DNA of 64,000 bases from Candidatus Nanoarchaeia archaeon (GTDB taxonomy: Archaea > Nanobdellota > Nanobdellia > Woesearchaeales > JACPBV01). This document shows positions 27,644 through 37,238 of the stretch, one piece after another; the first letter of the stretch is position 1; every line of letters begins with the position of its first letter. The translations under genes and the position numbers were made by a program. Below the pieces are notes generated by a model, which searched no databases, was not told where the DNA came from, and saw only the letters and a program-made list of their open reading frames with translations. The stretch is from assembly GCA_028279655.1 (NCBI GenBank), contig JANQNH010000005.1, forward strand, positions 144,962 through 208,961, read 5' to 3'.

Positions 27644-28593
27644 TACTCCAGCCCCCATCTCGCTTCTGTCAGATCAAGTATTATCTCCAGAGATGATCTC
27701 ATATCACTAAGGAACAAGAGCTCATCCTTAGAAAGTTTCTTTGACAATTTCCTAAGGTTTTTTATTACATTATCCCTGTTCTCGCTTAGGTCTGTAATCG
27801 TATCCACATTGAATTTATAGAATAACTGGTAATAGAGCTCCAGGGATTTCTGGATCATCTCTAGCAGAAGAGCGCTTTCCTTGGAAAGCTTAAATCTATA
27901 TTTTAGGTAATCCCTGCTCGCATACTTCAGTATATCTACTATCTTGTCCAGGTTAGAGATTATATGGTACAAAGCGAACATCTTCCTGTACTCAGGATAC
28001 CCTATCTTGTTCAATGTCCTTAGGCAATAGCTGATGAACTTAGTGATATTGTCATGCTTCTCTTCAGTAGACTCCACAAGGACAGAATTACCTGTCCTCA
28101 CCCCTTCAACCAGGTCCTTGTACATGTCAATGATCAGTATGAATACTCTTCTATAGACATTCTCAAATTCCTTAGAAGTGCATTCCTGGAGGCTTTTGAT
28201 TGTACATGATTTTTCACCCTGCTGTACTATCTCAAAACCAATCAGGCGATTGACAGTATAGTTTACTATGGAGATTACCTTAACATCCTTGCTCAGCCTT
28301 AGATGAGGTATCTGCTCTTCATTAAACTTTATCAGGACCTCATCATAACCCAACCTATATAGGCTTTGGATACAGTACAGTATAGATGTCCTGTCCAGTC
28401 CGGTAATATCGACCTCAATTTTCTTAAGCTCAAGGCTTCTCTCAGTGCTGATTACGATCTTATCCCCTTGTTCCAGGAGATTGAGTTCATCCCCTTTCCT
28501 GATCCCATGCTGTAAAGCCCATTTCCTAGGTAAGGAGATCAGCTGAGTACTATCTGCTATCTGTATAACCCTTCTCTTCATTATAAAATTCAC
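27640..28593 (-). CDS. AbrB/SpoVT-type DNA-binding domain fused to PhoU-like helical domain (archaeal phosphate-uptake-regulator-like)
   Basis: N-terminus VIQIADSTQLISLPRKWALQHGIRKGDELNL is a swapped-hairpin AbrB motif, followed by about 260 aa of helical repeats. Confidence 0.5.
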   Translation of the reverse strand: MNFIMKRRVIQIADSTQLISLPRKWALQHGIRKGDELNLLEQGDKIVISTERSLELKKIEVDITGLDRTSILYCIQSLYRLGYDEVLIKFNEEQIPHLRLSKDVKVISIVNYTVNRLIGFEIVQQGEKSCTIKSLQECTSKEFENVYRRVFILIIDMYKDLVEGVRTGNSVLVESTEEKHDNITKFISYCLRTLNKIGYPEYRKMFALYHIISNLDKIVDILKYASRDYLKYRFKLSKESALLLEMIQKSLELYYQLFYKFNVDTITDLSENRDNVIKNLRKLSKKLSKDELLFLSDMRSSLEIILDLTEARWGLEY

Positions 28594-28706
28594 CCCACAA
28601 ATTATAATACTTAAAAATAATCTGATTCTAATAGAGAAAATCCAGACAATATATAAATCTTTCTATTTATATAAAGATTATAAAATTTAAGCGATAGTTA
28701 TATAAA

Positions 28707-28892
28707 ATGACAAATACCCCCCTTATTAATATAAATACGAATAGGGGATTTCAGATGAATGCACTATGGAATGAAGACAGGTACAATGAAGAAGAAGACG
28801 TCTACGGAGAGTCATCAAGGCATGAGCTTGTAGAAGACGACGAGATGTCTGCAGAAGAAGCAGGTTTCATGCAGGGCTATATGGAGGCTTAA
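28707..28892 (+). CDS. Small acidic protein (61 aa)
   Basis: ORF with an E/D-rich C-terminus. Confidence 0.25.
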   Translation: MTNTPLININTNRGFQMNALWNEDRYNEEEDVYGESSRHELVEDDEMSAEEAGFMQGYMEA

Positions 28893-29055
28893 GATGGACA
28901 ACTATACCTTTTTCGAGGCAAGAAAAAAGAAGGATTTCGATCTAAGCTATGGGATGGTCTTTATGAATACCACCGATAAGATGAATGACTTCGTAGATAA
29001 ATAATCTTTTTTTTATTTTTAATACCCTATATTTTTATTTTTCTGAAAAAAAGAG

Positions 29056-29226
29056 ATGTTTAACAGACCCATGTACGATAAAATGTGGATGTCAGACCCA
29101 GGAGCAGAACCTATAATTCTAGATAAGGTAGAGACTAAGATGTACTGCTCTACATGTAAGATGGAGATGGTAGGGCACGGAGGTTCATTCGAATGCCCCA
29201 TATGCCATCAGAAATACAAAGAATGA
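29056..29226 (+). CDS. Small zinc-ribbon protein (56 aa, not in ORF track)
   Basis: MFNRPMYDKMWMSDPGAEPIILDKVETKMYCSTCKMEMVGHGGSFECPICHQKYKE with CxxC...CxxC. More plausible than the antisense track ORF 29019..29201. Confidence 0.35.
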   Translation: MFNRPMYDKMWMSDPGAEPIILDKVETKMYCSTCKMEMVGHGGSFECPICHQKYKE

Positions 29227-29315
29227 TATACTATAAGAATAGAGTACAAAAAGAACATAGTACCAGAATACCACCTACTATGACAACACCATAAAAAACA
29301 CAGAATACTACAAAG

Positions 29316-30566
29316 CTAGTCCTTGATGATCCCATATCCTATAAGCCTGAATCTGTTGCCGATCATTCTTGACATAGTCACTCTTGATCCGATCTCTGCA
29401 CAGACAGGAAGCTTGAGCTTGCATCTGACAATATTCTTTTTCAGTTCAATAACCACTCCAACAGTAGCAGCAGAATTGACATTCAGCATCAGTGCTTCTT
29501 TTAGTTTTACAGGTTCAACATTAAGGTCCTGTTTGGATCCAACAACCCTGTCTAATAGGTGAAGCTCAAGATTAAGCTCGTCAAATACAGGCGGCATCTT
29601 CCCAGGAAGTCCGGCAATAGAGCCTGCAAGCTTGTCAGAAAAAACAATCGCAGGGTCCAGGGAGGTAAGTACCCCTATAGAGCCGCCAGGACCAACCTCC
29701 TTCAAGGAAGCACCTCCTGACCTAAGCCCGGTTATCTTAGTACTTAATGGTTTCCAAACCTTCTTGTTCTTTTCTTCAACCTCATATCCTGGTTTGATCT
29801 CTATCTCATCTCCATCTTTTAATATCCCTTGTTTCAGGGCACCACCAAGAACCCCCCCATTTATCTTCTCTATCTCCATACCAGGCTTATTGACATCAAA
29901 AGACCTGGCAACAAGCATCAAAGGATCCTTCTTAAGGTCCCTTTGAGGGGTCTTGATCGTATTCTCTATTAGTTCTATCATGACAGAGATCCCAACATTA
30001 TGCTGGGCTGATATGGGCATTATAGGAGCATCCTTATACTTAGTAGTCTTTATGAATTTCTTGATCTGTTCGTAATTCTTTACAGCTTGTTCCTCACTCA
30101 CAAGATCGATCTTGTTCTGAAGTATCACTATCTGTTCTATGCCCATGATCTCCAGCGCCATGATATGTTCCCTTGTCTGCGGCTGAGGGCAGTCCTCATT
30201 TGCAGATATCAGCAGCAATGCACCATCCATGATCGTAGCACCCGCCAGCATTGTAGCCATAAGGCTCTCATGACCAGGAGCATCTACAAAACTAACCTTC
30301 CTTAGTTCCTTAGTGTCTTCTTTGCATTCCAGACATTTCTTCTGTACAGTAAACTTATCGCATTTCTCACATTTCCTGAAAGTAACATCAGCATACCCTA
30401 ATCTGATTGTGATCCCTCTTTTCATCTCTTCAGAATGAGTGTCAGCCCACTTCCCGCTCAATCTCTCAAGCAGAGTTGTCTTGCCATGATCCACATGACC
30501 TACGATACCTAGGTTTAGCTCAGGTTGTTTACCTTCTTCCTTCTTCAAAGCTTTTTTCTTAGGCAT
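29316..30566 (-). CDS. Translation initiation factor 2 gamma subunit (aIF2-gamma)
   Basis: GHVDHGKTTL G1 motif, zinc knuckle CEKCDKFTVQKKCLECK, DAPGH. 416 aa. Confidence 0.9.
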   Translation of the reverse strand: MPKKKALKKEEGKQPELNLGIVGHVDHGKTTLLERLSGKWADTHSEEMKRGITIRLGYADVTFRKCEKCDKFTVQKKCLECKEDTKELRKVSFVDAPGHESLMATMLAGATIMDGALLLISANEDCPQPQTREHIMALEIMGIEQIVILQNKIDLVSEEQAVKNYEQIKKFIKTTKYKDAPIMPISAQHNVGISVMIELIENTIKTPQRDLKKDPLMLVARSFDVNKPGMEIEKINGGVLGGALKQGILKDGDEIEIKPGYEVEEKNKKVWKPLSTKITGLRSGGASLKEVGPGGSIGVLTSLDPAIVFSDKLAGSIAGLPGKMPPVFDELNLELHLLDRVVGSKQDLNVEPVKLKEALMLNVNSAATVGVVIELKKNIVRCKLKLPVCAEIGSRVTMSRMIGNRFRLIGYGIIKD

Positions 30567-30569
30567 GAT

Positions 30570-31127
30570 TTATTCCTTTTTCTCCTCGGAACTATTCTTA
30601 GCCGGCTTCTCTTCCTTGGGCTTTTCTTCAGCTTTTGGTGCCTCTTTAGGCTTATCTGCTGGCTTTTCCTCTTTCTTCTCCTCTGCTTTCTTAGGCTCCT
30701 CTGCCTTTGCTTCTGCCTTCTTCCCTTCTTCAGCACCCTCTTCCTTCTTCTCACCAGCAAATAGGTCATCTATCTTCTTAGCACCTTCCTTCACGATCTT
30801 TAGGTTGATCTGTGTAATCTTGTCATTGATCTTATGCCCGCAAACGGTCTTTCTTGTCTTCTGACCTTTCTTAAGCTTTGGAAAACCAACTCCGCCATAG
30901 GAGTATATCTTTTTCCTTATACCCTGTATTCCATGCCTCATAGGAAAACCGCAGAAATCACTCCCGCCTGTGATCTGGAACTCATAACCGTTCATACCAA
31001 AGGAATCTCCACCTATCTTCTCACCGACATTCTGCCCGACAAGAGCAGATGCCTCCTGGTCCTTGACCTCCTTCTGATAGCATTTCCCTGTCTTTGGATT
31101 AGCTATACATAGTTTGAATTGTGCCAT
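30570..31127 (-). CDS. rps6e: 30S ribosomal protein S6e with Lys/Glu-rich C-terminal tail
   Basis: MAQFKLCIANPKTGKCYQKEV...ITGGSDFCGFPMR aligns with archaeal S6e. The C-terminal 60 aa or so is a KE-rich low-complexity tail. GGAGGT lies 9 nt upstream. Confidence 0.85.
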   Translation of the reverse strand: MAQFKLCIANPKTGKCYQKEVKDQEASALVGQNVGEKIGGDSFGMNGYEFQITGGSDFCGFPMRHGIQGIRKKIYSYGGVGFPKLKKGQKTRKTVCGHKINDKITQINLKIVKEGAKKIDDLFAGEKKEEGAEEGKKAEAKAEEPKKAEEKKEEKPADKPKEAPKAEEKPKEEKPAKNSSEEKKE

Positions 31128-31207
31128 TATAAATAACCTCCATAACTCTTTATAGGAAGAAATTATTCACTATTTAAAAAGGTTTATGTTTTAAGCATCA
31201 ACTTCAG

Positions 31208-31314
31208 TGACAGTGCTGCCAAGCGAAGTCAACACAAAACACTTCAATCTGCGAAAGTATTTGGTTGAATCATATAAAAAATTATTCGCACGAAGCGCAG
31301 CACTGTCATTGATC
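31208..31314. repeat. 107-bp intergenic repeat, copy B (TIR TGACAGTGCTGC / GCAGCACTGTCA)
   Basis: Perfect 12-bp terminal inverted repeats with a compensatory A-to-G / T-to-C change relative to copy A. Its TCA supplies the stop codon of the 31306..31626 gene. Confidence 0.8.
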
Positions 31315-31626
31315 CCTTGACTTTTTCATCAACTTAGGCTTACAGCTCTCCACTTTATCATACTCAACAAAAGGATACCTCTTACATACAGTAGGCCTGA
31401 AATCATATATCTTACAGCAAGAACCACCATCAAAGAAAACACACCCTTTATCATCTCTCTTTAAGACCTCGCTCTTTATAAAATCATCAAAAACAACGAA
31501 GAAACCCTCCTCAAAACCCTTCTCTTTGATAGCAGAGATATCCTCCTTAGAAAGCTTCACCGTAAGATACCTACAACAATCACCACACCTTTCACACCTG
31601 AAGTTCGAAAGAGTTAGCATGATCAC
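31306..31626 (-). CDS. YkgJ/UPF0153 family small Cys-rich protein
   Basis: CERCGDCC (CxxCGxCC) and C...CKIYDFRPTVCKRYP match the family pattern. Confidence 0.6.
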   Translation of the reverse strand: MIMLTLSNFRCERCGDCCRYLTVKLSKEDISAIKEKGFEEGFFVVFDDFIKSEVLKRDDKGCVFFDGGSCCKIYDFRPTVCKRYPFVEYDKVESCKPKLMKKSRDQ

Positions 31627-32378
31627 TTGTTGCTTAACTTCTTTATATATTCAATAAGTTCAGTAGGTACTGGTAATATTATCGTGCTGTTTTTCTCAGA
31701 AGCGATCTCACCCATGGTCTGGAACAGCCTAAGCTGAAGCCCGGCAGGCTCTTTTCCAATAACCTTTGCAGCCTGTGCTAATTTCTCTGCAGCCTGTGAC
31801 TCCCCTAAAGCCAATGTTATTCTTGCCCTTCTGTCTCTTTCAGCCTCAGCTTGATGAGCCATCGCCCTCTTCATAGTATCTGGCAGTTCGATATCCTTGA
31901 TCTCTATCTTATCTACCTTGATCCCCCATGGATCAGTGTCCTTGTCAACAATAGCCTGTATCTTCTGAGATATCTCCTCTCTCTTCTGCAGGATATCATC
32001 AAGTTCAAACTCACCTACAATGTTCCTCATGGTTGTTTGAGCCAGTTGAGAGACAGCATAACCAAAAGTCTCTACCTCAAGTATTGCTTTATTTGCAGCA
32101 CTCACCTTATAGTAAAGCACCGCATTAACCTTTAAGCTGACATTGTCCTTGCTTACACATTCCTGGGAAGGGACATCCACAGCCTTCACCCTTAGGTCAA
32201 CTCTCTCCCATGTCTGTATGAGAGGAACAATCAACCTGAGTCCAGGTTCCATCATCCCTGTATACTTTCCAAGGGTAAACCTTACCCCTCGCTCGTATTG
32301 CCTTACAACCTTAAGGCTGCTTATCAAAATTACTATCAACCAAAAAATAACGATATTTACTGCACTAAATAATGCCAT
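31623..32378 (-). CDS. SPFH/band-7 (stomatin-like) protein
   Basis: N-terminal TM, followed by VVRQYERGVRFTLGK and a PHB-domain core. Confidence 0.8.
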   Translation of the reverse strand: MALFSAVNIVIFWLIVILISSLKVVRQYERGVRFTLGKYTGMMEPGLRLIVPLIQTWERVDLRVKAVDVPSQECVSKDNVSLKVNAVLYYKVSAANKAILEVETFGYAVSQLAQTTMRNIVGEFELDDILQKREEISQKIQAIVDKDTDPWGIKVDKIEIKDIELPDTMKRAMAHQAEAERDRRARITLALGESQAAEKLAQAAKVIGKEPAGLQLRLFQTMGEIASEKNSTIILPVPTELIEYIKKLSNK

Positions 32379-32447
32379 TCAAACCACCTCTTATGAAATC
32401 AACTAATCTTGATTTAAATACTTTTCTATAGCAGGTATGGACTTAAT

Positions 32448-32554
32448 TGAAAATGCTGCCAAGCGAAGTTCACGCTAGAGCCTATCCATATGCGACAATC
32501 CTTTCTTGAAATATCAACAAGTAATTAGCACGAAGCGCAGCATTTTCACGAATC
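32448..32554. repeat. 107-bp intergenic repeat, copy C (TIR TGAAAATGCTGC / GCAGCATTTTCA)
   Basis: Perfect 12-bp terminal inverted repeats with a compensatory C-to-A / G-to-T change. Its TCA supplies the aminotransferase stop codon. Confidence 0.8.
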
Positions 32555-33595
32555 CAAATACTTTTCTATCCTGCTTAATCCTTCCTCAATCTTGTCTACA
32601 TCCAGGGCATAGCTCAACCTGATCCTGTCAGGTGCCCCGAACCACTCTCCAAGATATGTTATCACCTTGTGTTTCTTAAACAAATCCCACACCATCTTTC
32701 TAGGATCCTTCACCTTAGGTAATACATAAAAAGCCCCTTCAGGATTCCAAAGTTCAAGCCCTAGGTCCATCAACCCCTTGTAGACCACATCCCTTCTCTC
32801 TTTCCAGATTGCAACCTGGTTATCTACATAAGCAGACGGAACCTTGGTCGCCTCATAGGCCATCTCCTGCCCAAGGATATTTGTATTCATTGAAGAATGA
32901 GTCTTTATCTCTATAACATCATCAACTATACTCCTATCATTAGAATAAAGATAGCCTATCCTAAGTCCGCACATTGCAAAGGTCTTTGAGAAACTGTTTA
33001 TTGTTACCACCTGTGGCCCCTTGAGCATATAGTTCTCCCTCACATATATGAGGTCTTTGTAAACCTCATCAGATATTATGGTTATATCAAGGTCTGAACA
33101 TAACCTCTCTATCTCCTTAAGTGTACTGACCTCCTGTACCCTGCCTGTAGGATTAGAAGGGGAATTGATCAATACTGCTTTGCATCCCCTTACCTTGTTG
33201 TCAAAGTCCGAAATATCAATCTTTCCCCTTATAGTCTCTGTAAAAACAGGCTCCAGATTATTGAAATTTATCATAGGCAGATATGAATAGTAATATGGCT
33301 TATGAAGCAGGATCTTATCTCCTGGCTTGCATATCGATCTGAATGTAAGGTCAAGAGCCTCAGAAGCACCATTCGTTATGACAAAATCATCAGCCGTACC
33401 CCCATACTGCTTTGCCAATGCCTTTCTTAGGTTTACCTGTCCAGGTATCAGCCCATACTTGAACTGCCTGTACTTAGGCAATATCCTAAACACCCTTTCC
33501 GGGGGTGGAAGATCTGGTTGTCCGCTTCCGAAACTTATCATTCCATCTCCTTGGACACCGATGAATATTGATGGACTTAGTAGTTTGTCTTTCAT
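32546..33595 (-). CDS. Class I/II PLP-dependent aminotransferase (aspartate aminotransferase-like)
   Basis: ITNGASEALD and SFSKTFAMCGLRIGYLYS (PLP-lysine region). 349 aa. Confidence 0.8.
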   Translation of the reverse strand: MKDKLLSPSIFIGVQGDGMISFGSGQPDLPPPERVFRILPKYRQFKYGLIPGQVNLRKALAKQYGGTADDFVITNGASEALDLTFRSICKPGDKILLHKPYYYSYLPMINFNNLEPVFTETIRGKIDISDFDNKVRGCKAVLINSPSNPTGRVQEVSTLKEIERLCSDLDITIISDEVYKDLIYVRENYMLKGPQVVTINSFSKTFAMCGLRIGYLYSNDRSIVDDVIEIKTHSSMNTNILGQEMAYEATKVPSAYVDNQVAIWKERRDVVYKGLMDLGLELWNPEGAFYVLPKVKDPRKMVWDLFKKHKVITYLGEWFGAPDRIRLSYALDVDKIEEGLSRIEKYLDS

Positions 33596-33763
33596 ATTCT
33601 GTGATAAACCCTATTAAGTATATAAAAATAACTATAAATTAGGAAGCCAGATACCTCTATCATTCAGGGTTGAGGTAGGGACTGACTAAAAATTTTTTGA
33701 ATCTAAGCCTTGACGTCATATTTTTGGTAAGGTTTATATATTTTAAAATAAATGGTTTAAAAA

Positions 33764-34837
33764 ATGTCTTTGGGTAACTTTGTAAAGATTCTAATCTTTT
33801 TATTTGTTCTAATCCTCTTGATAATACCAGTATCCGCTAGATGGATCCAGTGGGTCAATTGCGATGATCTGTTTTTAAGAAAAAGAATAACCCCTCAACA
33901 AACCTTTAATAGTACTGAAAAGATTTGTTTTTATGGTTCTGGTTTCAGCGGTGAGACCTATACTATCAGGCTTAGAGAGACTGTTAAGAATCTAACAAGA
34001 ATCTTAACCGTACCGGTCAATAATGAGGTAATAAGTTCTGTAGAAGGATACTCCTTAAGCTCGATTGAGCCAGGCGTGTACACCTTGATGGGTTTGTATG
34101 AAAGTAACTATGTATGTAGCAACCAGGATGGGCAGACCCATTGTATCCCTGAGGATAAAAACTGTACCTTTTGGAAGTTCAAGGGAGATACTGGAAGATG
34201 CGGGAGAGGTAGATCAAGAAACTGCGAGATCGATTTTGAATTTGTTGATCCTGACACCGATGGAGATTCTTGGTCTGATAGCTGTGATGCATTCCCAAAC
34301 GATGCTTCTGATTGGATTGATATCGATGGAGATGGTTCTGGTAATAATAAGGATGTTGATGACTTTAATATCTTGATTATCAGTGAACCGATCATACCAG
34401 GAAACAATGAGTCAGGAGAATCAGGAACTGGCAACGGGGCTGGTGGAGGCTCTGGTTCAGGAGGAAACGCCAGAAAATGTGCACCAGAGTATGAATGTAC
34501 AGATTGGAGCGTTTGCATCAATGGAAGGCAGATAAGGGAATGTTGGATTATTAATGACTGCATCGGGGAACCAGCCCCTTTGGAAAGAAACTGCATTGAA
34601 AACACCCAAGAACCTGCTGAAAATGAGGAACCCTATAGCATGACACAAGAGGAATCTGTTCCAGATTCCCAATCACAGGAACCCCCTACTACGGATGAAA
34701 GTGAAGGTATGTCTCTTATTACAGGTGCTGCTGTAGTTAATCTTACAGAACCTAGGTTCTATACAGGCGTTAGTGCAATTTTCATAATTATAAGTATTAT
34801 GCTGCTTTGGATAAAATTGAGAAAATCCAGATCATAG
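33764..34837 (+). CDS. Secreted Cys-rich surface protein with calcium-binding Asp-rich (TSP3-like) repeats and C-terminal TM anchor
   Basis: Signal peptide present. Acidic repeat region DPDTDGDSWSDSCD...DIDGDGSGNN, then a Gly-rich linker and a C-terminal hydrophobic helix with KLRKSRS. Confidence 0.5.
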   Translation: MSLGNFVKILIFLFVLILLIIPVSARWIQWVNCDDLFLRKRITPQQTFNSTEKICFYGSGFSGETYTIRLRETVKNLTRILTVPVNNEVISSVEGYSLSSIEPGVYTLMGLYESNYVCSNQDGQTHCIPEDKNCTFWKFKGDTGRCGRGRSRNCEIDFEFVDPDTDGDSWSDSCDAFPNDASDWIDIDGDGSGNNKDVDDFNILIISEPIIPGNNESGESGTGNGAGGGSGSGGNARKCAPEYECTDWSVCINGRQIRECWIINDCIGEPAPLERNCIENTQEPAENEEPYSMTQEESVPDSQSQEPPTTDESEGMSLITGAAVVNLTEPRFYTGVSAIFIIISIMLLWIKLRKSRS

Positions 34838-34855
34838 ACTAGATATTAAGTTAGT

Positions 34856-35914
34856 CTATTTCTTAACATGCACATCCATCTGGGGGAATGGGATATTTAT
34901 CTTATTCTTGTTCAATGTATTATAGATCATGCATGTAAGCTTCTCCTTTGTAGAGAACCTGTCCTTATATGACCTTAGCCACACATAAGCCTTGAAGTTA
35001 AGGGCACTGTCTCCCATCTGAAGAAACATAACCATAGGTTCATGGTTCTTATCCAGCTTTTCCAATTTCATTACCTCTTTCATGACTATCTTCTTTACCT
35101 TGTCAACATTTGAACCATAAGCAACAGAAAAAGGAACTGTTATCCTGGCAGTCGGATTTGGAAGTACATAATTGGTGATATTAACACCGGCAAGCTTGCC
35201 GTTTGGTATTATGACAACCTCGTTATCCCAGCTTTTCACTCTTGTTGCCCTTATCCCTACATCCACAACCTGACCATAGGTCTGCTCGTCTATCTTCACA
35301 ATATCACCGACCTTTATGCTTCTGTCCATCAATAAAGATATGCCTCCAAATATATTCCCCAATGTATTCTGCAATCCAAATGCGACAGCTATACCTACAA
35401 TCCCTAAAGAAGCTAAAAGGGGCCCTAACTCAATATTCCATACCCTTAGTATAAACAAAAAACCGATCATTAGCACAACTACCCTTGCTGTCTTTGTGCC
35501 TATCTTCATAAGGTTCTCATCAACATCCTTATCCTTCCTTTTTGCCCTGCTTTTTATCCAGGCAGATATTATTATATCTGCAACAACAATAAGTGTATAT
35601 AAAGCGACAAGTATAGATAATGTTGAGTCGATTCTATTGAGTATTATCTTGATATTCTCTTCTAATTTCAGAGGAATGAGGGCTAGTTTAATGCCTATAA
35701 GGAAAAATAATAACGATATTGGACCATGTGTCTTCTGAACCAACAGATCATCCACATCTGTTTTCGTTTTTGCCGTAAGCTTCATTATGTATTTCTCTGC
35801 AATGAATGTAAGAAGCTTAGCTCCAGAAAAGAACGCAACCAATATCAATATGGAATGAAAATATGGATTAACCATGACCTCACTGAAAGAAACGCTCAAA
35901 ATCTCAAATAGCAT
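34856..35914 (-). CDS. mscS: Small-conductance mechanosensitive channel MscS family
   Basis: TM region followed by the conserved GNIFGGISLLMDRSIKVGDIV...VIIPNGKL beta-domain. Confidence 0.8.
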   Translation of the reverse strand: MLFEILSVSFSEVMVNPYFHSILILVAFFSGAKLLTFIAEKYIMKLTAKTKTDVDDLLVQKTHGPISLLFFLIGIKLALIPLKLEENIKIILNRIDSTLSILVALYTLIVVADIIISAWIKSRAKRKDKDVDENLMKIGTKTARVVVLMIGFLFILRVWNIELGPLLASLGIVGIAVAFGLQNTLGNIFGGISLLMDRSIKVGDIVKIDEQTYGQVVDVGIRATRVKSWDNEVVIIPNGKLAGVNITNYVLPNPTARITVPFSVAYGSNVDKVKKIVMKEVMKLEKLDKNHEPMVMFLQMGDSALNFKAYVWLRSYKDRFSTKEKLTCMIYNTLNKNKINIPFPQMDVHVKK

Positions 35915-35967
35915 ACAAGAATATGTATATCCATAGTTTAAATAACTTTCGGACTAACCAAGAGTGA

Positions 35968-36492
35968 TTACTTCCTTTCCTCTATCTCAACAAGATAAGA
36001 ACCAGGTATCTTCTTCCTGAACCTGTCCAATGCCTTTCTTGCAAGAACAACATCCTTCTTGTTCACAGCAACAGTGACTATCTTCTGTCCTTCCTTTAGC
36101 CTTACAGCAGAGCCTATCGGCTTTCCAAAAGATTTCTGCATTCCTGTAGAAAATCTGTCTGCACCAGCACCAGCTGCAAGAGGATTCTCTCTTAGTACAT
36201 GAAAAGGATACTTCCTTAGCTGCATGAAATAACCGCCAGCCCCAAGTGTAGATTCCATCAATCTGTTACAGGTGATCCTGGCGCTCTCCAGAGCATTATC
36301 CCTTATCTGCAATCCCTGCTTTGACACAAGATGCAGGTTATACGGAAACTTCTTTATAAGGTTTCCAGTACAGAACCTCACTATCTTTGTATTAGCAGTA
36401 GTCTTGATAAAAGATTTCTTCTTATACTTAGACCTCCGGGTATAAGGCCTTTCCAGTTTTCGGTATGCAACGAATTTCCTTAATTTTGCCAT
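35968..36492 (-). CDS. rpl10e: 50S ribosomal protein L10e (uL16)
   Basis: PFHVLRENPLAAGAGADRFSTGMQKSFGKPIG aligns with archaeal/eukaryotic L10e. Confidence 0.9.
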   Translation of the reverse strand: MAKLRKFVAYRKLERPYTRRSKYKKKSFIKTTANTKIVRFCTGNLIKKFPYNLHLVSKQGLQIRDNALESARITCNRLMESTLGAGGYFMQLRKYPFHVLRENPLAAGAGADRFSTGMQKSFGKPIGSAVRLKEGQKIVTVAVNKKDVVLARKALDRFRKKIPGSYLVEIEERK

Positions 36493-36766
36493 TTTATCTC
36501 CTTATTAATTTTAGTTATGCTCCACCAATAATCGAATGTGGGGGTGGGACATCCACCTTAGTTGTTCAATGATGGGGAGGATATAATATTTAGCGTAGCT
36601 AAATACCTGCTTTATCTAAAAGAATCAATAAGCCATTTTTAAATGTTTTGTTTTCTTCAATATCATTTCCTCATAAAACCAATCGAAAGATTTATAAATT
36701 AGCTATTCAGTAATTGATATATATTAGTCATTTTAGTAAAATTAGAACTAAAAGAGGTGTTTTATT

Positions 36767-37228
36767 ATGAAAAAAAAGGGTTCATTGAGTCTGTCTGTTA
36801 ATGCTATAGTGGTATTGATTCTTGCGATCGTTATGTTGGGTCTCGGCCTGGGTTTTATAAGAGGTATGTTCGGTAAGGTCTCCACACAGGTTGAACAGCA
36901 GATATCTTCCGAGAGAGAGCCAGCAATCCCAACAGCCTCTCAACCACTGACTCTATCTAGAGAGATGATCATAACCCTTTCAGATCAGGACCAGGTAGTC
37001 AAGGCAAGTCTTTTTAATCCAACTAATGCTGTGATCACAGCAATCCCTTCAGTTACCTGTAGTGCTTTGGCAGTAACTGAGAAGGCAAACGAACGAACAA
37101 TAAACCAGGGAGAATTCAAGACATATGATATCCTTCTTGATATACCGGTGTCTGCCCCTACTACAGACCTTTGCGAGATAACTATCGATGCTTATAAGAA
37201 AGATATAACCATCAAAATAACAGAGTGA
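36767..37228 (+). CDS. Archaeal type IV pilin-like protein (class III signal peptide)
   Basis: MKKKGSLSLSVNAIVVLILAIVMLGLGLGF: a positively charged N-terminus, a G/S cleavage context and a hydrophobic stretch. Paralogous to the next ORF. Confidence 0.55.
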   Translation: MKKKGSLSLSVNAIVVLILAIVMLGLGLGFIRGMFGKVSTQVEQQISSEREPAIPTASQPLTLSREMIITLSDQDQVVKASLFNPTNAVITAIPSVTCSALAVTEKANERTINQGEFKTYDILLDIPVSAPTTDLCEITIDAYKKDITIKITE

Positions 37229-37238
37229 GGTATTTAAA

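Noticed and set aside
29019-29201. Track ORF on the minus strand (60 aa)
   Set aside because: The plus-strand 56-codon ORF at 29056..29226 encodes a clean CxxC...CxxC zinc ribbon and is the more plausible gene.
30525-30864. Three overlapping ORFs (30525..30764 +, 30545..30769 -, 30565..30864 +)
   Set aside because: They are artefacts of the low-complexity Lys/Glu/Ala-rich C-terminal tail of S6e, read in other frames and on the opposite strand.
36500-36560. G-rich stretch TGTGGGGGTGGGACATCCACC upstream of rpl10e as a possible G-quadruplex or structured RNA
   Set aside because: It is a single short G-run pair with only a 4-bp inverted repeat (GTGG/CCAC). This is not beyond chance in a promoter region.
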